DNA of 64,000 bases from Bacteroidota bacterium (GCA_026391735.1 JAPLDL010000016.1:865-64864); one strand, 5' to 3'; shown: positions 47,961-56,783, counted from the first letter of the stretch. Translations and numbers: made by a program. Notes: a model not told the origin generated them from the sequence alone.

Positions 47961-49439
47961 ATGAAAAAAATCGCATTCATGTTAACAGGGCTTGGCTTAA
48001 TACTTGCATTTGCAGGTTGCAACAAGTTCAGAAATACCGAACCAGCCAGCCAGCAGTCAGCACAAGGCGTCAGCTTTGCTATTGCTCCAGGCCAGACCGG
48101 TGGGTTGAAATCAACGGCCAGCACCGATTGCTTCACTCAGACCGCCAATTACGCAAAAATCACCATTGACAGCAAACACTATATCAGGGCGATATTTTAC
48201 GTGGGTGGAATTCCGTACACAAACACTCTGCAACTGGGAACCGGCTTGCATACTCTGCAGGAATTTACCATATGGAGTGATAACCAGACCCCAAATGATT
48301 CTACCGATGATGCAATGCTTTCGGCAGTGCCTCACACAGGTTCGAATTATTCACCTTATGTTTCTTCGCCTCTGGATATTACATTTACAGTTGAAGCCTT
48401 TAAAAAGACCCAGCTTCCTGTAGAGGCAGTTTGTTATCAGCCAAGCAACTATAGCGATTTTGGTTTTACATTCTTCCAGATAGAACAGGTCACTGTTCGC
48501 GAACAACCGTTTTTCGGAGACCTCTGTATTAAAAGTATAGCTGATTATTCTATTACAGGTTCACCTTATCTTGCACAATCCAATGGTATACAGCTTGACC
48601 TTCCCGCAATCTTCAAAATTGAAGTATACAGGAACAATGTGTTGATGAATGTATTCAACAATGAAGCCTGGAACGGTGAAGGCCAGCCTCTGAAGGTTTT
48701 ATATGCCGACAGGCAGAATGTTACTGACAATTTCGAATTCAAACTCTATGTGAAAGTCAGGAAAGGTCCCGGTTTTGACTATGTTTATTTCAAGAGTTGG
48801 ACTTTTAGCGATGCTCAGGTGATCCCACAGAACAGCGACGGTGTTTGCGACTTTTCGATCGGATACTGCAACCCCAATGCCGACTATGTTCTTCCTCCAT
48901 GGATCAACCTGCCCAGTACAGCGACTTATACCATCACAGGCGGTTATGCTCCGGGTTCACAGGGAGGATATGTTGACGCAAACCTCACAAATGTTCTTTC
49001 GGGATATGAAATTGTAAACGGGACTTTTGCTTCCTGGTGCTGCGACCACCAGACCACAATTAATACGGGAACGGCTTATAATATGAACGTTTATTCCTCT
49101 CTTTATCCTGCTCTGCTTCCTGCTTTTGCGCAGACTATTCCCTGGGATAAGATCAACTGGCTGTTGAACCACCTTGACTGGTACCCCGGTTATCATTGGT
49201 ATGATCTGCAGGGGGCTATCTGGTTGTTTGACAATCCTGCATGGGATGGTACAGCACATAGCGGGGTACCCAATCTTACCACGGTTATGACCCAGATGCA
49301 TGCAGATGCCAATACTTACGGAGCTAATTTCAAGGTTCCGACCGGCGGATGGGCTTCGGTAGTCTTTATTCCCGTAGGAACACCACCCAATGCACCAACA
49401 CCTACCGTTCAGACCATGTTTATTAAACTTGATCCCTGA
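47961..49439 (+). CDS. lipoprotein of unrecognised family, paralog 1, with candidate thioester-domain-like C-terminal region
   Basis: Lipobox LAFAGC, 492 aa. About 85-90% identical by eye to the 49699 product. C-terminal third contains WCCDH (C360/C361) and DLQGAIW (Q417). No TAnnTTTG box upstream, so it is probably co-transcribed with 45863..47899. Confidence 0.85.
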   Translation: MKKIAFMLTGLGLILAFAGCNKFRNTEPASQQSAQGVSFAIAPGQTGGLKSTASTDCFTQTANYAKITIDSKHYIRAIFYVGGIPYTNTLQLGTGLHTLQEFTIWSDNQTPNDSTDDAMLSAVPHTGSNYSPYVSSPLDITFTVEAFKKTQLPVEAVCYQPSNYSDFGFTFFQIEQVTVREQPFFGDLCIKSIADYSITGSPYLAQSNGIQLDLPAIFKIEVYRNNVLMNVFNNEAWNGEGQPLKVLYADRQNVTDNFEFKLYVKVRKGPGFDYVYFKSWTFSDAQVIPQNSDGVCDFSIGYCNPNADYVLPPWINLPSTATYTITGGYAPGSQGGYVDANLTNVLSGYEIVNGTFASWCCDHQTTINTGTAYNMNVYSSLYPALLPAFAQTIPWDKINWLLNHLDWYPGYHWYDLQGAIWLFDNPAWDGTAHSGVPNLTTVMTQMHADANTYGANFKVPTGGWASVVFIPVGTPPNAPTPTVQTMFIKLDP

Positions 49440-49475
49440 AAAATTTTATCAGAATAACTTGATTTTCTGATTAAT

Positions 49476-49510
49476 AGAGGCTATTCCGAAAGGATGGCCT
49501 CTTTTTTGTT
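49476..49510 (+). terminator. rho-independent terminator after paralog 1
   Basis: agaggctattcc-gaaa-ggatggcctct imperfect hairpin followed by tttttgtttt. Confidence 0.6.
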
Positions 49511-49514
49511 TTCC

Positions 49515-49568
49515 ACATTTATGGATTATTTAGCCACACTTACCAAGAAACAATCATCACTTACTTGT
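49515..49568 (+). promoter_or_regulatory. three 21-bp-phased repeats of the island motif
   Basis: 49515 ACATTTATG, 49536 ACACTTACC and 49557 TCACTTACT, spaced 21 and 21 nt. Confidence 0.65.
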
Positions 49569-49597
49569 TATCGCTTTCCCCGGTTATCCAGTCGGCT

Positions 49598-49605
49598 TAT
49601 ATTTG
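49598..49605 (+). promoter_or_regulatory. -7 promoter box (TATATTTG) for paralog 2
   Basis: TAnnTTTG match, 40 nt downstream of the proximal repeat C (49558). Confidence 0.55.
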
Positions 49606-49698
49606 CCTGATTGATTATAAATTAGAAACAGAGGCACTGAAATATTTTGAAATATTAACCAAAAGGAAAATTATTAATTAATCAAAAAATCAAGTAAA

Positions 49699-51177
49699 AT
49701 GAAAAAGCTAACATTAATTTTTACAGTTCTTGGTTTAATACTTGCCATTGCAAGTTGTAACAAGATCAAGAATGATGCCCCCACGGCCCAGCAGGCTTCT
49801 CAGGGCGTGAGTTTCTCTATTGCTCCCGGACAAACCGGAGGGCTTAAATCTTCAGCCAGTACCGACTGTTTCCAAACAACGGCAAACTACGCAAAGATCA
49901 CTATTGACGGCAAACATTACGTAAGAGGTATTTTTTACGTTGATGGCAAACCGTATACGAATACCCTTCAGTTGGGGACAGGCGTCCACACATTGCAGGA
50001 ATTTGCCATTTGGAGCGATCACCAGACTCCCAATGATTCAACCGATGATTTAATGCTTTCGGCTGTACCTCATACCGGATCAAATTTTGCACCCTATGTT
50101 GCATCACCATTGGATATTACTTTCAACGTGGATGCCTTTAAAAAGACCCAGGTTCCGGTTGAAGCTGTTTGCTATCAGCCAAGCAATTATACCGATTTCG
50201 GTTTTACATTTTTCCAGATCGAAGAAGTGACACTCCGCGAGCAGCCTTTCTTCGGTGACCTTTGTATTAAAAGCATTGCCGATTATTCAATCCAGGGCTC
50301 GCCTTATCTTGCACAGTCCAACGGGATTCAGCTTGATCTTCCTGCAATCTTTAAGATTGAAGTATACAGGAACAATGTTCTTATGAATGTATTCAACAAT
50401 GAAGCATGGAACGGTGAAGGACAACCATTAAAAGTATTGTATGCCGACCGTAAGGGAATTACCGACAATTTCGAACTTAAACTCTATGTTAAAGTCAGGA
50501 AAGGCCCTGGATTTGATTATGTATACTTCAAGAGCTGGACTTTCAGCGACGCCCAGTTGATCCCTCAGAACGCCGATGGAGTTTGTGACTTCTCAATTGG
50601 ATATTGTAACCCCAATGCCGACTATGTTATGCCCCCGTGGATCAATTTACCTTCTACTTGCACATACACTATTACAGGTGGTTATGCCCCAGGTTCACAG
50701 GGTGGGTATGTGGATGCAAATCTCACCAGCGTATCAACCGGGTATGAAATTGCCAACGGGTTGTTTGCTTCATGGTGTTGTGACCATCAGACCACGATCA
50801 ATGTTGGCCAGCCATATAATATGAATGTATATTCATCCTTGTATCCCGACCAGCTTCCTGCATTTGCACAAACCAGGCCATGGGATAAGTACAACTGGCT
50901 TCTGAACCATCTTGACTGGTATCCCGGATATCATTGGTACGATCTCCAGGGAGCATTATGGCTGATGGAATCTCCTGCATGGAACGGTGTAAGTGAAGGG
51001 GGAGTTCCCAATGTTAATGCCATGATGACACAAATGAAAAATGATGCCATTGCATACGGCAGCGGGTATAAAGTTCCTACCGGCGGATGGGCAGCAGTTG
51101 TCTTCATTCCTGTTGGAACCCCAGGTAATGCAGCAAACCCGACCATCCAGACAATGTTCATTAAACTTGACCCTTGA
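49699..51177 (+). CDS. lipoprotein of unrecognised family, paralog 2, with candidate thioester-domain-like C-terminal region
   Basis: Lipobox LAIASC, 492 aa, colinear with paralog 1. WCCDH and DLQGALW are conserved at identical positions. Confidence 0.85.
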   Translation: MKKLTLIFTVLGLILAIASCNKIKNDAPTAQQASQGVSFSIAPGQTGGLKSSASTDCFQTTANYAKITIDGKHYVRGIFYVDGKPYTNTLQLGTGVHTLQEFAIWSDHQTPNDSTDDLMLSAVPHTGSNFAPYVASPLDITFNVDAFKKTQVPVEAVCYQPSNYTDFGFTFFQIEEVTLREQPFFGDLCIKSIADYSIQGSPYLAQSNGIQLDLPAIFKIEVYRNNVLMNVFNNEAWNGEGQPLKVLYADRKGITDNFELKLYVKVRKGPGFDYVYFKSWTFSDAQLIPQNADGVCDFSIGYCNPNADYVMPPWINLPSTCTYTITGGYAPGSQGGYVDANLTSVSTGYEIANGLFASWCCDHQTTINVGQPYNMNVYSSLYPDQLPAFAQTRPWDKYNWLLNHLDWYPGYHWYDLQGALWLMESPAWNGVSEGGVPNVNAMMTQMKNDAIAYGSGYKVPTGGWAAVVFIPVGTPGNAANPTIQTMFIKLDP

Positions 51178-51210
51178 TAACAATTTGAGTTCCGGATCAT
51201 TATAAATAGA

Positions 51211-51248
51211 AACAAGACACCGGTGTAAATGCCGGTGTCTTGTTTTAT
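51211..51248 (+). terminator. rho-independent terminator after paralog 2
   Basis: aacaagacaccgg-tgtaaatg-ccggtgtcttgtt perfect stem followed by a T-run. Confidence 0.8.
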
Positions 51249-51262
51249 CTTTACACCAGGGT

Positions 51263-51316
51263 ACATTTTATCCCCAAAAATGGACATTTACAAAATTAAC
51301 CAACACGCTTACTTAT
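51263..51316 (+). promoter_or_regulatory. three 21-bp-phased repeats of the island motif
   Basis: 51263 ACATTTTAT, 51284 ACATTTACA and 51305 ACGCTTACT, spaced 21 and 21 nt. Confidence 0.6.
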
Positions 51317-51345
51317 TATCAATTGACATGGCAGGTGCCTGTAAT

Positions 51346-51353
51346 TAATTTTG
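51346..51353 (+). promoter_or_regulatory. -7 promoter box (TAATTTTG) for the second LruC-domain gene
   Basis: TAnnTTTG match, 40 nt downstream of the proximal repeat (51306). Confidence 0.55.
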
Positions 51354-51407
51354 TGAAGTTAAACTGAAATTTAAGATTAAACTGCGAATACAAAAAAACC
51401 AAAAGCC

Positions 51408-53552
51408 ATGAAAACAAAAGTTTTATTATTATTTGTTTTGGCATCGTCCGTAATATTTATATCAGGATGTCATAAGGACTATTCGACTACGCCGAAAGCC
51501 AAAACAATGGATGATCTCCAGATCTCCCAATCCTTTAACTGGGAAATGACCCAGGAAGTCACATTGAATATCGGGATGGACATTCCCGCTGTGACATTCC
51601 AGTATAATAAAGTAAATGTATACCTAGCTGATCCGACAAAAGGCGGGGAACTGGTTTACCAGGGATGGACAGGAAATTCCAATCCGATGCTTGCGAAGGT
51701 CAGGATCCCGACAGGTGTTTCACAACTTTGGCTTCAGTTGATTCCATACAGCGGTGTTGGTCAGATTGCCAGCGTTCCTGTGAATGCCTCAATTTCTTAT
51801 ACGTTTGCAGGTGCAACCAAAATGAAAAGTGCTAATGTGCTCGGACCAGATTGTTCTGCAGCCACTGCACCCTACACTCTCATCGGAAGCGCAAATTTTA
51901 CAATTGATGATGGCCATACTTATTATATCATTGCCTCATATACCGGAGACATCACAGTTAAAGACGGCACCTTGCAAATCTGCGGAACTTATACAACCGG
52001 GACTATCGATCTTAAACCAAACAATGGAAAGACTTCCACACTTAAGGTAAGTTCCACAGGTACCATTGGAACAGTTTCTGCACCTGTTACGATTAAGGAA
52101 AGCAAAGACGGGTTGTTCCAGAATTGGGGTTCCTGCCATATTGCCGGTGTTTTTACACCCAATGACGAGGTGGAGAATTACAACCTCATGACTGTTTATG
52201 GCCAGATGAATATGAATGGAAGCTCAGGCAACTTCATCAATGGTGGCGGAGCCTATATGCATATCGAAGATAAATGGAACGTGATCAACCAGGCAACAAA
52301 CCTGGGTACTATTGAAGTTGAAGGAGACATGGAATGCAACCATTCGATTTTCCTGAACAGCTGTGCACTGATAGTTCATGGGAATTTCCATCTCAATAAC
52401 TGTGAATTTACAAACCAGACCGGTTACCTGAAATGTTTTGAAGAAGCTTATATGCAGGGCGGAACCGGATTTATGAAATTATACAACGGTTCAATGATCT
52501 CCACGAAGGATCTCAGGGTCAATGCTGATGTGACAGGTTATGGAACCCGTAATGAAATAAAGGTGACCGATATGTTGCGTTTCGATGGACCCAAAGTTAT
52601 CACAGGCCCTATTGAAACAGCTCAGACCAATGGAGTAATGACTTCAGGCGACATGACAAACTTTACAGGTGGTGCAACCTTTGTAAGTTTTGCCAACATA
52701 CTCAATACCATTCCCACGAGCGAATGTAATCCCGAGGGTGTGAATCCTCCGCCGGCCCCTGTCGGAAACGTATTCACAGGTACTGCTGTATATGAAGATC
52801 TCTGGCCTGAGAAAGGTGACTATGATCTGAACGACCTCGTGATGTATTATAAGTTCACATTAACCACAAATGTCCAGAATAAAGTAACGGACATTCAGAT
52901 AAAGCTTTATGTAAAAGCTGCAGGCGCTTCATTCCAGAACGGATTTGGAATCCAGTTTGATAACCTGGTTCCGGGCGATATCGCCTCGGTTACAGGCTAT
53001 AATCTGAAGTACAATTACATCACTCTTAGCGCAAACGGAACGGAATCGGGCCAGGCTAAAGCCGTTATCATTCCTTTCGACAATACCGATAACGTGATCC
53101 ACAGAGTAACCCCTGTCTTCTTCAATACCGTGATGGGAGCTCCTGTTGGAACAGCCGATACCGTTACCTTAAGTATCCATCTTACAACTCCTATGCTGAC
53201 AACGGCTCTTGGTACACCACCTTACAACCCATTCCTTATCAGAAATATGGAAAGGGTTGCTGAGATCCACCTCCCGAATTACGTGCCTACAACACTGGCA
53301 CAAAACTGTCCTTATTTTGGCACTGGTGATGATAATACTCAACCCGGAATCGGAAGATATTATAAAACAACCAACAATCTGCCCTGGGCACTGAATATCC
53401 CGGTCAATTTTGATTACCCCTGGGAAAAGGTAAGTGTTCTTAGCGCATACAATTATTTTGCAACCTGGGCAGAATCGGGCGGTACGCTTTACACCGACTG
53501 GTATAAAAATCTGGCAGGTTACAGGAATTCGGCCAATATCTGGCATCCGTAA
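51408..53552 (+). CDS. LruC (DUF4842) domain-containing lipoprotein with beta-helix-like middle region
   Basis: Lipobox FISGC and an N-terminal domain shared with 45471 and 53799. The middle ~300 aa are repetitive and G/N/T-rich (beta-helix-like). C-terminal LruC signature: AVYEDLWPEKGDYDLNDLV ... YNPFLI ... AEIHLPNY ... YYKTTNNLPWALNIP. Confidence 0.85.
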   Translation: MKTKVLLLFVLASSVIFISGCHKDYSTTPKAKTMDDLQISQSFNWEMTQEVTLNIGMDIPAVTFQYNKVNVYLADPTKGGELVYQGWTGNSNPMLAKVRIPTGVSQLWLQLIPYSGVGQIASVPVNASISYTFAGATKMKSANVLGPDCSAATAPYTLIGSANFTIDDGHTYYIIASYTGDITVKDGTLQICGTYTTGTIDLKPNNGKTSTLKVSSTGTIGTVSAPVTIKESKDGLFQNWGSCHIAGVFTPNDEVENYNLMTVYGQMNMNGSSGNFINGGGAYMHIEDKWNVINQATNLGTIEVEGDMECNHSIFLNSCALIVHGNFHLNNCEFTNQTGYLKCFEEAYMQGGTGFMKLYNGSMISTKDLRVNADVTGYGTRNEIKVTDMLRFDGPKVITGPIETAQTNGVMTSGDMTNFTGGATFVSFANILNTIPTSECNPEGVNPPPAPVGNVFTGTAVYEDLWPEKGDYDLNDLVMYYKFTLTTNVQNKVTDIQIKLYVKAAGASFQNGFGIQFDNLVPGDIASVTGYNLKYNYITLSANGTESGQAKAVIIPFDNTDNVIHRVTPVFFNTVMGAPVGTADTVTLSIHLTTPMLTTALGTPPYNPFLIRNMERVAEIHLPNYVPTTLAQNCPYFGTGDDNTQPGIGRYYKTTNNLPWALNIPVNFDYPWEKVSVLSAYNYFATWAESGGTLYTDWYKNLAGYRNSANIWHP

Positions 53553-53585
53553 TCCTAAACAATCTTAATTTCAGCTTTTGGTTAA

Positions 53586-53617
53586 GACGGCTCTCTTCGG
53601 AGGGCCGTCTTTTTTTT
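53586..53617 (+). terminator. rho-independent terminator
   Basis: gacggctctc-ttcg-gagggccgtc followed by T8. Confidence 0.85.
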
Positions 53618-53639
53618 ATAGCTAATTTCCTGTGTTTAG

Positions 53640-53693
53640 ACACATACTAAATAATACGTGACAGATACATGGGTAAGTAGTACACATACGTAA
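53640..53693 (+). promoter_or_regulatory. three 21-bp-phased repeats (ACASATAC variant of the island motif)
   Basis: 53640 ACACATACT, 53661 ACAGATACA and 53682 ACACATACG, spaced 21 and 21 nt. Confidence 0.6.
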
Positions 53694-53722
53694 AGTAGCT
53701 TTTTGTTTGGTAATACAGGCCC

Positions 53723-53730
53723 TAATTTTG
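53723..53730 (+). promoter_or_regulatory. -7 promoter box (TAATTTTG) for the third LruC-domain gene
   Basis: TAnnTTTG match, 40 nt downstream of the proximal repeat (53683). TTTG elements lie at 53702-53709. Confidence 0.55.
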
Positions 53731-53798
53731 CAATTAATTATTATTCAGTAGATAATTATAAGCTAATTAGTCAAAATAACAAAATTAAAATACCATAC

Positions 53799-56783
53799 AT
53801 GAAACGTATTCCAGTTATCTTCATAGTCATTCTGAGTCTTTTTTTCTCACTCAGCAGCTGTAAAAAAGATCTTACTTCCAGGGACACTTCATCATCCAAT
53901 CCGACGAAGTTTACTGATCTTAAAACCGATCCGTCATTCACTTTTGAGAACTTCACAACAATAAACGCAAATATCAGTGTGAATACCTCTCAGGGCACAA
54001 CCATGAACATTATCCAGGTATACCAGGATGATCCCGGTTATGGCAAGCTCATTGCAACAGGCGTTTCTTACGGAAGTCAGCCATATAGTAATACTCTCCG
54101 CATTCCAAAGGCAGTTAAAACCCTTTACATCGCCTATGCCTCTTCTGACGGCAAACACGAGTCGGCTACTATAAGTATTAACGGGACTGACGTCGTTTAT
54201 GTGTTCGGAAAGACCAAATCAGGAGAGAATGCAGAAAACAGCTGCGGAACCGGAACTGCGATCACAACAAACCAGAGCAGCGTAACGGTGGGCTCAGGTC
54301 AAACTTATTATGTACCTTTCGGTTCAACCGTTACTATTTCTAATTTAACTGTCAGTACCGGAGGAACATTCAATAATTGCGGTACTGTAACAGTGAATGG
54401 ATTAAATGTAAGCTCTTCCAACGGAACAATCAATAATAACGGGACATTCACAATTACAGAGGATGTTGATTTTAAAGGCATATTAGTCAATAATGCCACT
54501 CTTAATGTCACCGGGAATCATGAATATAAAACTAATTCGGGTGGAAGTGTGATCAACAATTGCACCATGTATGTTACCGGGGATGTGTTTACCACTGGCA
54601 GCGGTAGTTTTACTAATAACGGATATCTTAAAATTACAGGAAACGAAGGAAGTATTAAAACAACAGGTGGTGGGATTCTTACTTTAGGCCCCCAAAGTTT
54701 GCTTGATACTCCGTATTTTGACCTTGAAGGTTCATGCAACGGGCCAGGGACCGCTTCTTATGCAGGCATCAAGACCCATGACGGAAAAACCACAGGGGGC
54801 GCAGGCATCTCAGGTTATGTGGACTTCTGTGCAAGCGGAACGATCCACCCTGATGGGGCAACTTATGGCCCACATGTGACATTCTGCACTCATTCAGTAA
54901 GCATTCCCAGTTGCTCAAACCCAATTGCCCCTGTTATTACCAGTGCACTTACCGCCGCTGGAACCGCAGGCCAGGCAATCACACCTTACGTGATTACAGC
55001 CACTGGAACCGAGCCCATTACATACACTGCAACAAATTTGCCTTCGGGTTTGACATACAATAGCAGTACTCATACTATCTCGGGAACACCGGCTGCTGCA
55101 GGTTCATTTAATATTACTCTGAAGGCGGATAACGCTGTAGGTACTGATACGAAGACCCTTGTGTTAACAGTTGGCGCTCCCGGCAATCCTCCTGCTATAA
55201 CCAGTCCAATGACTGCAGCAGGAACAGCCGCTCAGCCTTTCAGCTATACGATTACTGCTACGGGAACCAATACCCAGGCTTGTCCGCTGACTTTCAGTGC
55301 AAACAACCTGCCAGCAGGACTTACTTTGCAGGGTGGAAACATCATTGGAGGATCCCCTTCAGCCGCAGGAACATATGATATCACTATGACTGCGACCAAC
55401 TGTAACGGTACTGACACCAAACACCTGATCCTGACTGTCGGAGCTGCAGGAGTTGCCCCTGTCATTACGAGCCCGTTAACCGCCAGTGGCACTGCAGGAC
55501 AGGTATTTACACCTTATACGATGACATCAACAGGTACTACCCCTGTGACCTTAAATGCCACTAATTTGCCTGCCGGACTTTCATATGATAATTCAACTCA
55601 CCAGATAACCGGGAATCCAACAACACCTGGGACTACCAGTGTTATATTAACTGCATCGAATTTTTACGGAACTGATGTAAAAACACTTGTTATCACTATT
55701 GCCCAGGGAGCAGGAACACCTCCTGCCATCCAGCCCCCGCTCACTGCCACAGGTACAGTGGGATCCCCGTTCACACCGTATTTAGTGTCAGCCACCGGAA
55801 CATCTCCGATAACATTTTCTGCAACACAGCTACCCGATGGATTGTCATTTGATCCTATCTCGCACACAATAACAGGCACACCTACCTCTGCCGGTACATT
55901 TAATGTCCCTCTTACTGCGACGAACAATGTCGGAGTCGATAATAAAACCCTTGTGATAACAATAACCCAGGGCGGAGGTGGTTCGTTTTACTCGTACTAT
56001 CCGAACTCAGTGGATTACGGCACCTTCGTATTTGAAGACCTCTGGCCCTATTACGGAGATTATGACTGTAACGACCTTGTTGTGAACTTCCAATATAAAA
56101 TAACTTCCAATGAACAGAACCAGATCACTGATATCCAGGCAACCTTTATCTTTAAAGCTGCAGGAGCTACATTCAATAACGGTTTCGGGATTGTTTTAAA
56201 TACAAATCCGTCAAACATAGCTAGTGTTACCGGTTGTACTCAATATGGAAGCGCGGTCAGTTATGATCCAAAAGGATTTGAAGCTGGTCATTCCAATATG
56301 ACGGTTATTGTCCCGGTTGATGCCGTTAACACCATGTTTGGCAGGGGATTGGTCAATACAATAATTGGAAATGGATATATTCAGCCAGTCACAAAGGTTA
56401 TTAATATACATTTTGCAACTCCTCAGGCTAGTGTGGGCTCACTGCCATGGAATCCATTTATTTTCCAGGACCAGGTTCGCAGCCATGAGATCCACATGAA
56501 GAATAAAGCCAATACCGACTTTGCTGATATGAGTTTATTCAATACAGGCAATGATGGTTCCAATTCCGGACAGGGTGTTTATTATGCCTCACCAACCGGA
56601 CTGCCCTGGGCATTTGAGATCCCTGTTAATTTTGATTATCCGGTTGAAAAAACAGATATTCTCAACTGCTATAATCATTTTGCCGAATGGGCTACATCAC
56701 CGCAGGGACCTTCTAACCCTTATAATGACTGGTATATGGACAGCCCGGGATACAGGAATACAGCAAATCTCTGGCATCCGTAA
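53799..56783 (+). CDS. LruC (DUF4842) domain-containing lipoprotein with beta-helix-like region and four He_PIG-type Ig repeats
   Basis: ATG at 53799 gives MKRIPVIFIVILSLFFSLSSC (lipobox). The N-terminal domain and beta-helix-like region resemble 51408. Four ~88-aa repeats follow (P(A/P)(V/A)ITS.LTA.GTAGQ.F.PY...ATG..P(I/V)T..A.NLP.GL....T..I.G.P...G......L.A.N..G.D.K.L.(L/I)T(V/I)). C-terminal LruC signature: FVFEDLWPYYGDYDCNDLV ... WNPFIF ... HEIHMKN ... LPWAFEIP. Confidence 0.85.
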   Translation: MKRIPVIFIVILSLFFSLSSCKKDLTSRDTSSSNPTKFTDLKTDPSFTFENFTTINANISVNTSQGTTMNIIQVYQDDPGYGKLIATGVSYGSQPYSNTLRIPKAVKTLYIAYASSDGKHESATISINGTDVVYVFGKTKSGENAENSCGTGTAITTNQSSVTVGSGQTYYVPFGSTVTISNLTVSTGGTFNNCGTVTVNGLNVSSSNGTINNNGTFTITEDVDFKGILVNNATLNVTGNHEYKTNSGGSVINNCTMYVTGDVFTTGSGSFTNNGYLKITGNEGSIKTTGGGILTLGPQSLLDTPYFDLEGSCNGPGTASYAGIKTHDGKTTGGAGISGYVDFCASGTIHPDGATYGPHVTFCTHSVSIPSCSNPIAPVITSALTAAGTAGQAITPYVITATGTEPITYTATNLPSGLTYNSSTHTISGTPAAAGSFNITLKADNAVGTDTKTLVLTVGAPGNPPAITSPMTAAGTAAQPFSYTITATGTNTQACPLTFSANNLPAGLTLQGGNIIGGSPSAAGTYDITMTATNCNGTDTKHLILTVGAAGVAPVITSPLTASGTAGQVFTPYTMTSTGTTPVTLNATNLPAGLSYDNSTHQITGNPTTPGTTSVILTASNFYGTDVKTLVITIAQGAGTPPAIQPPLTATGTVGSPFTPYLVSATGTSPITFSATQLPDGLSFDPISHTITGTPTSAGTFNVPLTATNNVGVDNKTLVITITQGGGGSFYSYYPNSVDYGTFVFEDLWPYYGDYDCNDLVVNFQYKITSNEQNQITDIQATFIFKAAGATFNNGFGIVLNTNPSNIASVTGCTQYGSAVSYDPKGFEAGHSNMTVIVPVDAVNTMFGRGLVNTIIGNGYIQPVTKVINIHFATPQASVGSLPWNPFIFQDQVRSHEIHMKNKANTDFADMSLFNTGNDGSNSGQGVYYASPTGLPWAFEIPVNFDYPVEKTDILNCYNHFAEWATSPQGPSNPYNDWYMDSPGYRNTANLWHP
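54927..55970 (+). repeat. four tandem ~88-aa putative-Ig (He_PIG/dystroglycan-type) coding repeats
   Basis: Repeat starts read at 54927 (APVITS), 55188 (PPAITS), 55455 (APVITS) and 55719 (PPAIQP). Confidence 0.8.

Noticed and set aside
53703-53798. TTG-initiated 32-aa extension of the third LruC-domain ORF
   Set aside because: The extension covers the -7 promoter box at 53723-53730. The ATG at 53799 gives a clean lipoprotein signal peptide.
45863-56783. Type IX secretion C-terminal sorting domains on the LruC-domain proteins
   Set aside because: All three proteins end directly with the LruC-type domain (…GYRN..N(I/L)(W/Y).(H/P)). No extra ~80-aa beta-sandwich tail is present. Four of the six exported island proteins (both LruC-domain lipoproteins and both 492-aa paralogs) plus the small 126-aa protein carry lipoboxes, and 45863..47899 has a type I signal peptide, so lipoprotein anchoring or plain secretion is the simpler reading.
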